From assembly GCA_018650445.1 (NCBI GenBank), contig JABIFX010000062.1:12918-76917 (forward strand): a stretch of 64,000 bases of DNA. The letters run 5' to 3'. Under the pieces are notes generated by a model that had not been told where the DNA came from, did not search any database, and saw only the letters and a program-made list of their open reading frames with translations. The position numbers were made by a program, and so were the translations under genes. The DNA comes from Fidelibacterota bacterium (GTDB lineage: Bacteria > Fidelibacterota > UBA8477 > JABMPR01). Positions 50,723 to 60,733 of this stretch are shown one piece after another (position 1 is the stretch's first letter; every line of letters begins with the position of its first letter).

Positions 50723-53700
50723 TTGATGCAGCAATATCTGGGTATTTGCGCTGGAGCCTCTACCATCACCTCAGTGAACCTCCACCAAGATGGTCAAGAC
50801 ACTACGATTGGAAACATTTTCTCCAAACCTCATGAAGGCAACCCCCGTGAGGTCATTACCAACTTATTAAATGAAATTGATGTTGAACAGTTTGACGCAG
50901 TCGTTGTTACGGGTCGTCGATTCAAGGAACTTATTGATCTGGAGACCATTTCAGAGCCACAAGCTGCCGAGCTCGCTTTAAAATTCATAAATAAAGATAA
51001 GAAATCCTATAACGCCATCATCAGTGCTGGTGGTGAAACCTTTATGGTATACCAACTCGATAAGGCTGGCAAAATTTCCAAAGTTTTTACAGGCAACAAA
51101 TGTGCCTCTGGTACGGGGGAATTTTTCCTCCAGCAGACCCGTCGTATGGGTGTGAACATGGAAGAGGCCATTGAATTTGGTAAGGGTGAAACCCCCCATG
51201 TCGTATCAGGACGTTGTTCAGTTTTCTGTAAAAGTGATTGTACCCACGCCACCAACATTGGGGTTCCCAAGGGGCAGGTAGTAGCCGGGCTCAGCCAAAT
51301 GATGGCCAGTAAGATTCTGGAGCTCCTGAAGAACACCCCCAAAGAAGACATCATGATCGTAGGTGGCACCACTCAGATTGATGTCATGATGGACTATCTC
51401 AAAACAAATATCAAGAATCTGACAATCCCAGAGGAAGCCACCTATTTTGAGGCTTTGGGTGCTGCTGTATACGCCTCAGATTTGAAGAACGGTCATCAAG
51501 TTGATCTAGAAAATCTTTTCTCGAAAAAATCTTCCCAATTCGATTTCCATAAAGCCCTCTCTCAATTTGAGGACAAGGTGAATTTTGTAGATTTGGATCG
51601 TGGGGTTGCCAGAGAAGGCGATACCTGTATTCTAGGTCTGGATGTTGGATCAACCACCACCAAAATCGTGGCTCTGCGGGAATCCGATTTGAAAATTGTA
51701 GCCAGTGAATATCTACGGACAAATGGCGATCCCGTAGGTGCTTCAAAGCAGTGCTATCAGGCTGTCCTGGATGAGCTTGACGGGACAAATATTGTGATTC
51801 GCGGGTTGGGTGTCACCGGATCAGGCCGAAAAATTGCCGGACTACATGCTTTAACAGAAGGTGTTATCAACGAAATCATTGCTCATGCCGTAGCAGCTCT
51901 TCATTTCGATGAAGGCGTTGAGACGATTTTCGAGATTGGTGGGCAAGATGCAAAATATACCTATCTCACCAATGGAGTAGCCAGTGATTATGCCATGAAT
52001 GAGGCCTGTTCAGCTGGGACGGGATCATTCCTGGAAGAATCAGCCAAAGAGACACTCAATATTGAGATGGAGGATATTGCTGGTTGGGCGATGAGAGGTA
52101 CCAAGCCTCCTAATTTTAATGACCAGTGCGCTGCTTTTATCTCCTCGGATATTAAAAACACTTACCATGAGGGCATCCCCAAAGAAGATGTCGTCGCTGG
52201 GTTAGTATATTCAATCTGCCTGAATTACGTAAATCGCGTTAAAGGTCCTCGCCCAGTGGGAAACAAGGTCTTTATGCAAGGTGGTGTGTGCTACAATCGA
52301 GCCGTGCCTATCGCCATGGCCGCGCTCTCTGGTAAGGAAATTATTGTTCCCCCAGAACCAGGTCTAATGGGTTCTTATGGTGTTGCCCTTGAAGTAAAAA
52401 GCCGTATTGATACCGGTCTCATGGATGAACAGATTTTCAACCTGGAAACACTCATACAGCGCGATGTGGGTACTAAAGCATCCTTTATTTGTGCTGGTGG
52501 TAAAGAAAAATGTGATATCGGCTGTGAAGTGAATCGCATGGTAATTGAGGGCAAGACCTATCCCTTTGGTGGAGCCTGTAACCTCTATGACAATATTCGC
52601 AAAAAAATCACTGTTAACACAGGTGAAAATGATCTGGTGATTAAGCGACAAGAATTGGTTTTACATAAATATGCGGCGGATCTGAGTGATCTACCTGACG
52701 ATGCCCCCAGGGTGGGTATTTCCAGATCTTTCCTGACTGGCACTTACTATCCCCTTTTCTCTCACTTCTTTAAAGAAATTGGCATTCGACCAGTGCTTTC
52801 AGAGACAGTGGAACAACGTGGTGTGGATCAATGTGCTGCCCCCTTTTGTTACCCCGCAGAAATTTCGCATGGATATTTTCAGAACTTGATCGATATGAAG
52901 TTGGACTACCTCTTTTTGCCCCATATTCGGAAAATGTCAATCGAAAATGGGTTCAAAGAGGCAACGACCTGTCCCCTGGTTCAGGGTGAGCCCTATTACC
53001 TGGGCAGCACCTTTGAATCGCAACTGGCAAAAGATGGACCTGTCATCCTGACCCCGGCAATGCAGTTGGGCTACGGGCAAGACGATCCAAGTGATGGGTT
53101 TCAGTCATTAGGGAAGCAACTTGGGATACCAAAAAATCGTCTCAAAAAAGCCTATCAAAAGGCACTTGATATACAAGAGGACATGCATGCTGAAATGATA
53201 GTGATGGGTAAGCAGGCTCTCGGAGAACTCGAACAGGATCCAGATCAAGTTGGAATCGTTCTGTTTGGGCGACCCTACAATGCTTTCATGCCAGAGGCTA
53301 ATAAAGGAATCCCTCATAAATTTGCTTCCAGAGGATATAAATTGATCCCCGTTGATTTCCTCGATCTCAAAGATGCCGAAATTCGAGATCATATGTATTG
53401 GAGCATGGGTCAGATAAACCTGAAGGGTGCGGCAATAGTTGAGGCACACCCACAACTATTTGGCACTTTTATAACCAATTTCTCCTGCGGACCCGATTCA
53501 TTTGTAGTTGGATATTTCCGTAGCATCATGGGCATCAAACCCTCACTGACACTGGAACTTGACAATCATACCGCTGACGCTGGGCTTGAAACCCGTATTG
53601 AGGCCTTCCTTGATATAGTGGCCCGATATCGAATTCTAAAAGACCGAGGGGATGCACCTGATAAAGCGCAAGACGACTTCGTCAAAGCCGAGTCACGCAT

Positions 53701-55036
53701 GGAAGATGGTAAATTTATAATCACCACCTCAGAAGGTGAAGAGGTATCCATTTTTGATAAAAGAGTTAGAGTAGTTTTTGCCTCTATGAGCGAATATGGT
53801 ACACATGGAATTGCAGCTGCTTTCACGAGTCAAGGGATAAACAGTTACTCTCTTGCCCCCCCGAGCGAGGAGGAGCTCAAGACCGGTCGTGGTAATTCAT
53901 CATGTAAAGAATGTCTCCCACTCCAGCTCACCACAGGGGGCTATATTCATTATCTGAATGGTGAAAGATCCGATGACGAAATCACGGTTTTCTTTTATCC
54001 TACAGCGAATGGTCCCTGCCGTTTTGGTCAATATCAGGACTTCATGCGTGATCTGGTTGTAAAACAGAAGTTCAAGAATGTAGCTTTTCTCTCTACATCA
54101 AGTTCTGACGGGTATGGTGGATTGGGCCAACGAACCACCCTCATGATCTACTATGGTGTAGTTATTTCAGATATTTTTGAAGATATGCGTCATGCCATGC
54201 TGGTAAATGCCAAAAATCCAGACCAGGCTATTACGAGATTAAATGAGATTTGGAAAGAAGTTGTAGTTGGACTTGAAGGTGGTAAAAAGAAGTTCTTTGA
54301 AGCCATCGAAAAAGCTGCAGGTGATCTGCAGGAGATTCAGCAGATAAAAGATCTTCACACCCTCCCCCATGTACTTATTGTTGGAGAAATATATGTCCGT
54401 AAGGATGGTATTTCAAGAAGGTGGTTACCGGAGCGTATGGCTCAAAATGGAATCGTCTCACATGTTGCTCCACTGCATGAATGGGTGCATTACATAGATT
54501 GGCTGGTCATGCACAAGGAACACATGTTTGGTGCAAGTACAATGGCCCGAATGAAGACCAGACTGAAGAATTCTATCATGTCCAGGGGTGAACGTTCGAT
54601 CAAGACCATTATGGAAACCTCTGGGTGGTATATAAAGAGGATAATCAACATTGATCACGTCATCGATGCCTCCAAACCATATATCTCACCAAAACTCCCT
54701 GGTGAAGCAGTAGTGACTACTGGAGGTCCCCTGGCTGAAGTGGGTACTGAGTTTTGTGGAGCCATTGCCATCGGGCCTTTCGGTTGCATGCCGAATAGAC
54801 TTAGCGAATCCATACTAAACAATAAAATGGGTAAGGAACATATCTTAAAACACCGTCATGATGATATGACGAGAACCGTAATGGAAGAAGTTTCCCACCT
54901 GCCCTTCCTGGCCGTTGAAAGTGATGGAAATCCCTTCCCTCAGGTGATAGAAGCCAGGCTGGAGACCTTTATGCTCCAGGCGTTCCGGTTACATGAAGTC
55001 ATGGAAAAATATAATACAGCGGAGGTAGTTGCTTAA
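50723..55036 (+). CDS. CoA-substrate-specific enzyme activase (two BcrAD/BadFG ATPase modules plus DUF2229 dehydratase-like domains)
   Basis: NKCASGTGEF, RCSVFCKSD, GLDVGSTTTK, IGGQDAK, NEACSAGTGSF, NFSCGPD, GPCRFGQY and PFGCMP. Confidence 0.9.
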   Translation: MMQQYLGICAGASTITSVNLHQDGQDTTIGNIFSKPHEGNPREVITNLLNEIDVEQFDAVVVTGRRFKELIDLETISEPQAAELALKFINKDKKSYNAIISAGGETFMVYQLDKAGKISKVFTGNKCASGTGEFFLQQTRRMGVNMEEAIEFGKGETPHVVSGRCSVFCKSDCTHATNIGVPKGQVVAGLSQMMASKILELLKNTPKEDIMIVGGTTQIDVMMDYLKTNIKNLTIPEEATYFEALGAAVYASDLKNGHQVDLENLFSKKSSQFDFHKALSQFEDKVNFVDLDRGVAREGDTCILGLDVGSTTTKIVALRESDLKIVASEYLRTNGDPVGASKQCYQAVLDELDGTNIVIRGLGVTGSGRKIAGLHALTEGVINEIIAHAVAALHFDEGVETIFEIGGQDAKYTYLTNGVASDYAMNEACSAGTGSFLEESAKETLNIEMEDIAGWAMRGTKPPNFNDQCAAFISSDIKNTYHEGIPKEDVVAGLVYSICLNYVNRVKGPRPVGNKVFMQGGVCYNRAVPIAMAALSGKEIIVPPEPGLMGSYGVALEVKSRIDTGLMDEQIFNLETLIQRDVGTKASFICAGGKEKCDIGCEVNRMVIEGKTYPFGGACNLYDNIRKKITVNTGENDLVIKRQELVLHKYAADLSDLPDDAPRVGISRSFLTGTYYPLFSHFFKEIGIRPVLSETVEQRGVDQCAAPFCYPAEISHGYFQNLIDMKLDYLFLPHIRKMSIENGFKEATTCPLVQGEPYYLGSTFESQLAKDGPVILTPAMQLGYGQDDPSDGFQSLGKQLGIPKNRLKKAYQKALDIQEDMHAEMIVMGKQALGELEQDPDQVGIVLFGRPYNAFMPEANKGIPHKFASRGYKLIPVDFLDLKDAEIRDHMYWSMGQINLKGAAIVEAHPQLFGTFITNFSCGPDSFVVGYFRSIMGIKPSLTLELDNHTADAGLETRIEAFLDIVARYRILKDRGDAPDKAQDDFVKAESRMEDGKFIITTSEGEEVSIFDKRVRVVFASMSEYGTHGIAAAFTSQGINSYSLAPPSEEELKTGRGNSSCKECLPLQLTTGGYIHYLNGERSDDEITVFFYPTANGPCRFGQYQDFMRDLVVKQKFKNVAFLSTSSSDGYGGLGQRTTLMIYYGVVISDIFEDMRHAMLVNAKNPDQAITRLNEIWKEVVVGLEGGKKKFFEAIEKAAGDLQEIQQIKDLHTLPHVLIVGEIYVRKDGISRRWLPERMAQNGIVSHVAPLHEWVHYIDWLVMHKEHMFGASTMARMKTRLKNSIMSRGERSIKTIMETSGWYIKRIINIDHVIDASKPYISPKLPGEAVVTTGGPLAEVGTEFCGAIAIGPFGCMPNRLSESILNNKMGKEHILKHRHDDMTRTVMEEVSHLPFLAVESDGNPFPQVIEARLETFMLQAFRLHEVMEKYNTAEVVA

Positions 55037-55072
55037 GAACACGTCCTCATTCGTAACTACCAGTATGAAAGC

Positions 55073-55104
55073 AGGAGCCATCAATTCTTAGATGGCTCCT
55101 TTTT
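55073..55104 (+). terminator. Intrinsic terminator between convergent genes
   Basis: AGGAGCCATC-N8-GATGGCTCCT-TTTT. Confidence 0.8.
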
Positions 55105-55111
55105 CATTAAA

Positions 55112-56413
55112 TTATGCCCCTCTCGTCAGTGATTTCCCTTTCCGAATCATGGGTCTTTCAACAAATCGATGCAATATCATTGAGAGAATCAGAGTTAGAG
55201 ACATGGATATAACCATAACGGCGAGGACGTGAATGAGTCTTATGCCTGTAATAGCTTCAAAATTAGTTGTTCTAAATAGAAGCAGGTAGGAGAGTATGAT
55301 GATCGGGATGTGGAACAAGTACCAGGGTAAGGATAATTGAGCAAATAGGCGCCAAACTTTGTGAGATAGAAAGCGAGATAATAATTCCCCTAATATCCGC
55401 GGTAGCAATTTTAGTTCGATCATAATCACGATACCCAAAACCCCTAACCCAAACCCAGTTCGATGTAATGTTAACCACCAAATATTGAGTTCTAATCCAA
55501 AATACTTGTGAAACCAGGACTCCAGATGATAGGCCGGGTATTGCAGGGAAAGCATAATGAGGGAAAGCGAAACCATAAAAATGATCGTGGCCGATGTCTT
55601 CGAAATTCGATTTAGTCGTCCCAGTCCACGTTGGCTATGATTTAAAAAAGCCCAAATTATACCCAGGATTAACAAACCGAATCTTGCATAGGTAGGATGA
55701 TATATAATGTCAAGAACGTCAAAAAGATTGTCACTATTATTTATTATCTCAACCCATCTAACTTCAATTATTCCTGGATGATTCAGGATAATAAAATATC
55801 TAACAACCAGTGACATCAGGACTAGAGAGCCTAGGAATAACCCTCTGTAAGCCTTCAACTTATTCAGAAGGAGTATCAAAAAAGGAAGGATGACATAGAA
55901 TTGAACTTCGATTGACAAGCTCCATCCACCTAGAATGATGGAGTCATTGTATAGGTTATCAACAAATAGGAGATTGTGAATCAAGCGTGGGTGAAAATCC
56001 TTAACCGTTACTAAATAAAGTAGTAGTGCAAAAAGATATACTGGGAAAATCCGGAAAAACCTGCGAATATAAAAATTCCTAAAACTGATTTTAGAATTTT
56101 TCTTGAACTCGTGAATGAGTTGAGTGGTCAATAAGTAAGCGCTTAAAATAAAGAATGTATCTACTGCTTTATCAAAGGCGAATACGAGTAACAGAAAGTC
56201 AGGAATCTGGTCAATGTAGTGATGGATGAGTTCGGGTTTATTACTATAAATCCAGAGTATGGGCAACATGAAACAATGAAATATTAAAATCATAATGACA
56301 GAAAGGCCACGTAGACCGTTCAGTATGGGGAGTTCATGAACGCTCTTAGGGGTCAGTAGTGACTTTAATTCCAGCCCTGGAATTTTTAAAATATTTTTAA
56401 GCCTAGAGCTAAC
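55112..56413 (-). CDS. Acyltransferase 3 (OafA-like) membrane O-acyltransferase; start uncertain
   Basis: AVDTFFILSAYL, FYIRRFFRIFPVY and WSLSIEVQFY. The family N-terminal motif LNGLRG lies upstream of the track's ATG 56293, in a frame open to 56413. Confidence 0.8.
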   Translation of the reverse strand, partial: VSSRLKNILKIPGLELKSLLTPKSVHELPILNGLRGLSVIMILIFHCFMLPILWIYSNKPELIHHYIDQIPDFLLLVFAFDKAVDTFFILSAYLLTTQLIHEFKKNSKISFRNFYIRRFFRIFPVYLFALLLYLVTVKDFHPRLIHNLLFVDNLYNDSIILGGWSLSIEVQFYVILPFLILLLNKLKAYRGLFLGSLVLMSLVVRYFIILNHPGIIEVRWVEIINNSDNLFDVLDIIYHPTYARFGLLILGIIWAFLNHSQRGLGRLNRISKTSATIIFMVSLSLIMLSLQYPAYHLESWFHKYFGLELNIWWLTLHRTGFGLGVLGIVIMIELKLLPRILGELLSRFLSHKVWRLFAQLSLPWYLFHIPIIILSYLLLFRTTNFEAITGIRLIHVLAVMVISMSLTLILSMILHRFVERPMIRKGKSLTRGA

Positions 56414-56473
56414 TTACAATCTCCATTAAATACACTATTCCAGATCGGTTGATAAAAGCGAAACGATCTTTCA

Positions 56474-58285
56474 TTAATTCGCTCCAGGTAACCAAAGCAC
56501 CAATCCAGGCACATAGGTTATGATGAGAACCATAACCAGGAGCAGGAGAAAGAAGGGCAGGGTATCTCGATATACCTGGGATAAGGGTCGTTCAAAACGA
56601 ATAGCCGAGAGGAAGAGATTCATCCCCACAGGAGGTGTGAGATAACCAAGTTCCAGGTTTGCCAGAAAGATGATCCCAAGATGGAGGGGGTGCACTCCAA
56701 AGACTGCCGCCATAGGAATGATTATCGGTACTACCACCATGATCGCAGAGAATATGTCCATCAGACAACCCACAATTAGCAAGAACAAATTGAGGAAGAG
56801 CAGAAAGGTAATTTTACTATCAATATTGGCTGCCACCCACTCACTGGCTCGAGTCGGAATCTCCGCATCCACCAGGTAGTTAGTAAAACCCATTGACACA
56901 CTGAGGATAATCAGAATACCTCCCAGCAGGGTAGCACTTTTCACAGTGATCGCCAGTAGCTGTCCCTTGATTCGAATATCCCTATGCACCAGTAATCCAA
57001 TGATGAGGATGTACACAACTACCGCAGCCGCAGTCTCAACCAGGGTCATGATACCAGTAAATATGCCCCCCAGAGCAATAACCGGAATCAATATTTCCCA
57101 TTTTGCATGCATAATGGCCTGTCCGGCAGTCTGTATGTTGAAAGGAAGTTTTTTGATGTTCATATTGGAGCTTCTATACCAGGCATATGCGGAGACGGCA
57201 CCCAGAAGGAACAGACCAGGAACAACGCCTGCGAGAAATAGTTGATTTATGGGAGTGTGGGAAATGACTCCATAAAAAATAATGGGCAGGGCAGGTGGGA
57301 ACAACAGCCCCAGACTACCTGTGGCTGTGACCAGGCCGACAGAAAAACTTTTATTAAATCCTGATGCCAGTAGAACAGGCAACAACAGCCCCCCCACTGC
57401 TAATATTGTGACGCCTGATGCTCCAGTAAATGTGGTAAAAAAGGTACACACAAAAACGGTAGCTATGGCCGGTCCAGCCGGGAGCCAGCCCAATAGATGC
57501 TTGAATAGTTCCACTATCCGTTTGCTGGCGCCCCCCTCTGCCAACAGATATCCAGCCAGTGTAAAGAGAGGTATCGTAGGCAAAACGGGAGAAGCCACAA
57601 TACGGTAAGTTTCCACAGAGATGGCTGCGATGGAAATATCTTCAGCTAAAAAAAGCACGAGGGCAATCCCCCCGATCCAGGCGAAAATAGGTAGTCCCAA
57701 TATTGAGGCTGCCAGAAAACAAATGACGATTGGAATAATAAGGCTAGACAATAATTCAGGAGATGCCCACCAGGCAAAAAGGGCGAGCATACTTGCCACA
57801 GCAAGTGCAGTAAGACGAGTTCGGAGATCACTGATGTTTGTGAGTTCCCTTAAGGCGACCCCCAGATAGCCCAGGGGAATAATGACAAGCACCATCCAGA
57901 TAGGTATTGTTTGGCCCACCATAGTTGGAGAATAAAACTCGACCTGCACAAAGTGGATGCCGGCATAGGTCAAGCCAATGCACACCGCGATGGTTAATCC
58001 CTTGATAATTGCTAACAGTTCAAAGCGAATGTGGGTAGGTATATATTCCATGACCGCATTAATGCTTAAATGACTGCCCTCACGACTGGTTATAATCGCT
58101 CCAAGTAGACCAACGATAAGTGTGAGGTGACGTGTGTAATCTGTAGATCCTGATATCCCAAAAACGCCAATAGTGCGGGAGATTATCTCTAATACCGGAA
58201 ATGCAGCCATGAGGAAGAGGCAGAGAGCGAGAATGATATTCTCAACAGTAGCGATAGAACGAGTAGCTTGAGACCAGAATTTCAT
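56474..58285 (-). CDS. TRAP transporter fused small and large permease (DctQM)
   Basis: HLSI DctQ motif, GSLGLLFPP, ELGYLTPPVGMNLF. Confidence 0.92.
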   Translation of the reverse strand: MKFWSQATRSIATVENIILALCLFLMAAFPVLEIISRTIGVFGISGSTDYTRHLTLIVGLLGAIITSREGSHLSINAVMEYIPTHIRFELLAIIKGLTIAVCIGLTYAGIHFVQVEFYSPTMVGQTIPIWMVLVIIPLGYLGVALRELTNISDLRTRLTALAVASMLALFAWWASPELLSSLIIPIVICFLAASILGLPIFAWIGGIALVLFLAEDISIAAISVETYRIVASPVLPTIPLFTLAGYLLAEGGASKRIVELFKHLLGWLPAGPAIATVFVCTFFTTFTGASGVTILAVGGLLLPVLLASGFNKSFSVGLVTATGSLGLLFPPALPIIFYGVISHTPINQLFLAGVVPGLFLLGAVSAYAWYRSSNMNIKKLPFNIQTAGQAIMHAKWEILIPVIALGGIFTGIMTLVETAAAVVVYILIIGLLVHRDIRIKGQLLAITVKSATLLGGILIILSVSMGFTNYLVDAEIPTRASEWVAANIDSKITFLLFLNLFLLIVGCLMDIFSAIMVVVPIIIPMAAVFGVHPLHLGIIFLANLELGYLTPPVGMNLFLSAIRFERPLSQVYRDTLPFFLLLLVMVLIITYVPGLVLWLPGAN

Positions 58286-58291
58286 AAGTAC

Positions 58292-59320
58292 CTATTCTTT
58301 GGATTTGCTGCGAAACTCTTCCAGAATACCCTTCACCTGTATATACAGTTCTTCAGGGACTTCCTGCTCAAGGATCTCAGGGTACATATGGGTCTCCACC
58401 ATTTCTAGCCACGCTGCCCTGGCATCATCAGGAGCAGGTGCCAAAGTGAGCCCATTTTCCTGCATGACTCTCATGGCCTCTTTTTCTAGGACGACAACTT
58501 CATTGGAAAGTGCCTGCCCCCGTTCCGCAGACTTTTTCAAAATTGGAGCATGAAATTCCTTAGAGATTTTATTCCACTTTTTCTTGGTGATAATGATCGC
58601 ACCAGGCAAGGGACCCGCTTTTAAATCGGTGACAAAAGGAACTGCCGGGAACCACTGATAGCTCAGTGCAATAATGGGAGTTGTGGTTAAAGTTGTAATT
58701 AGACCGGTTTGGAGAGACATGAATATATCGGGGGCGGCGACTTCGACCGCATTGTACCCAGCATCCATCCAACCTCGTTTACCAGAGCCCCCGGCCCAGA
58801 TAAAAATAATCTGATTCGTTTTATTGAGATCTTCAGGGTAAATCACCGGCGCATTAGTAAACAGACGGGCCCATCCTGCATCACTCCAGGATAAGAGTTT
58901 AAACCCCCGTTCCTCTAGTAAACCGATTAAATATTCTGACAACTCATCACGGACATGGTTGAGTTCGGCATCAGTTTGAATCATCATGGGCATGCGCAAT
59001 ACATCGATTTCAGGGATGATGTACATTAATCCTTCAATAGTGAGAGCAGCGGCATGTAATTGCCCAATCCGCATTTTGCGAACCATATCAGCCTCATCTC
59101 CAAGGATGCCACCGGCGTACAGTTTCATTTTTATCTTACCTTCAGAAATATTGGACCAATCCTCTCCAAGCGTCAACATGGTTTCATGCCAGGGAGAATT
59201 TACAGGTGCCAGCGAGCCTAATTTTACGGTCTGCGACCAAACCAGGGTTGTCATCATTGTCACCAGCATGACAACTTTATGGATACGCACATTATTCATC
59301 ATTTTCATCCTCTTCATCAA
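58292..59320 (-). CDS. dctP: TRAP transporter substrate-binding protein (DctP/TatP_T)
   Basis: KLGSLAPVNSPW and YAGGILGDEADMVRKMRIGQL; start may be a downstream Met. Confidence 0.9.
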   Translation of the reverse strand: MMKRMKMMNNVRIHKVVMLVTMMTTLVWSQTVKLGSLAPVNSPWHETMLTLGEDWSNISEGKIKMKLYAGGILGDEADMVRKMRIGQLHAAALTIEGLMYIIPEIDVLRMPMMIQTDAELNHVRDELSEYLIGLLEERGFKLLSWSDAGWARLFTNAPVIYPEDLNKTNQIIFIWAGGSGKRGWMDAGYNAVEVAAPDIFMSLQTGLITTLTTTPIIALSYQWFPAVPFVTDLKAGPLPGAIIITKKKWNKISKEFHAPILKKSAERGQALSNEVVVLEKEAMRVMQENGLTLAPAPDDARAAWLEMVETHMYPEILEQEVPEELYIQVKGILEEFRSKSKE

Positions 59321-60230
59321 TCAAAAAATAGTCACCTGCATTTTTGAGATACCAATTGGCTTTTCTCTGGGCAATAGTGTTCTCAAGCTTGTACTGAGGA
59401 TAGGCATTTACATCTATAGCCAGAGCTTGACTCAACAAGCCTCGGTAAGCATCAAGATCCTGGTTTTGTATAGCTACGGTGGTAGCTAGTGCCACATGTG
59501 GACTTGCCTTCCTGCCTTCAGTTAATTCCAGGGCGCGGACATAATGTGCTCTTGCTTTTTTAGCGCCTCCACCCATAGCTTCACTCCTACTACCATCATA
59601 AGTTACAAAGAATTCATGCAGAGCGCCTTCCCCATAACTCTCATTCAATTCAAGACATTTCAGAAGGATTTTCTCTGCATATTGTAGCTCAGCCAACAAG
59701 CTCAGATCAGTCATGGATATGGAAATGGCTCCCATCCAGGAGAGACCCAACCAATATAGGGTGGGCACATCTTGAACAGTCATTTGAGCCAGTAGGACAT
59801 CAGGTTGATCAAAGAGTCTTGTTTTAAAGTCAGGTGAATCAACTTCCATGGCTCGGAAGGCATAATAACGACTCCGGAGATATAATTTTTTTGCGTATGA
59901 TTTCAATTCCTTGGAGCGTTTCGAATTCCAGGGTGTCAAGGTGTCTGCGGGGAGCTGCACAAAAGCATAGGAGTATTGAGCATATCCCGAGGAAAGGGCC
60001 AGGAGCAATCCCTTATGCTCAGGTGTTTGTTCCAGCAGAGCCTCGTTCAGCTTGAGCCCAAAGGGGACTGCATCAGCCACAAACTCAGGTAAATCGTCTG
60101 AGGCAAATACTCCTGAAGTTGACCCTGAGAGCGCATCCGCGACGGAATTAATTGCCATTTTCTGGACTGAGCACGAGAACAGACCACTCACAATCAGAAT
60201 GATGACAAACAGTTTTCCAAGTTTTCCCAT
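59292..60230 (-). CDS. TRAP transporter TatT component (TPR lipoprotein)
   Basis: Lipobox LFSC; DDLPEFVADAVPFGLKL..YAQYSYAFV..GGGAKKARAHYVRALEL; first gene of the TRAP operon. Confidence 0.85.
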   Translation of the reverse strand: MGKLGKLFVIILIVSGLFSCSVQKMAINSVADALSGSTSGVFASDDLPEFVADAVPFGLKLNEALLEQTPEHKGLLLALSSGYAQYSYAFVQLPADTLTPWNSKRSKELKSYAKKLYLRSRYYAFRAMEVDSPDFKTRLFDQPDVLLAQMTVQDVPTLYWLGLSWMGAISISMTDLSLLAELQYAEKILLKCLELNESYGEGALHEFFVTYDGSRSEAMGGGAKKARAHYVRALELTEGRKASPHVALATTVAIQNQDLDAYRGLLSQALAIDVNAYPQYKLENTIAQRKANWYLKNAGDYFLIDEEDENDE

Positions 60231-60501
60231 GAGATCTCCCCATTTGTGATGACGAGTTTAGAGAGGATGTGCCCCTCAGATAATTTTATTCAAACCTATT
60301 AAATCGTTGCAAGCCGAGGCTCAATTCAGAAAATTGCGTTTAGATCGAAGTCATAAAAACTATTTAGACCCAATTGTACTGCCTGGTTGAATGAATCTAA
60401 AATAAAACTGCTATCATCAAAGAATTACATAATTAATAGTTATTTTCAATCAGCGATACGTCTGCCCTGAGATCTCATATTTATTTGCATAACTTCCCAT
60501 A

Positions 60502-60568
60502 AGGTTAACCCCCAATTCGCAGAAATTCTGTCACAGATGGAACCAATACCATCCTATATGGAACATTT
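60502..60568 (-). promoter_or_regulatory. Second copy of the ATGGAAC direct-repeat operator plus a -10-like TAACCT
   Basis: Repeats at 60537 and 60558 (21-bp period); hexamer 24 nt downstream, same geometry as 45631-45697. Confidence 0.6.
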
Positions 60569-60733
60569 CAGGGGTTGATCAGGGATTCCAGGTATCATAT
60601 ATCAAAAAAAGGGGATGGCAAATAACCACTACCGTTTGAGGTTTAGATATTGATTTAATTTTCCAAATTGTCAAAACAGACTACTTTCTCCCCTGAATAT
60701 GTTTATAAAAACACATTAGGAGCTGGAGCATTC

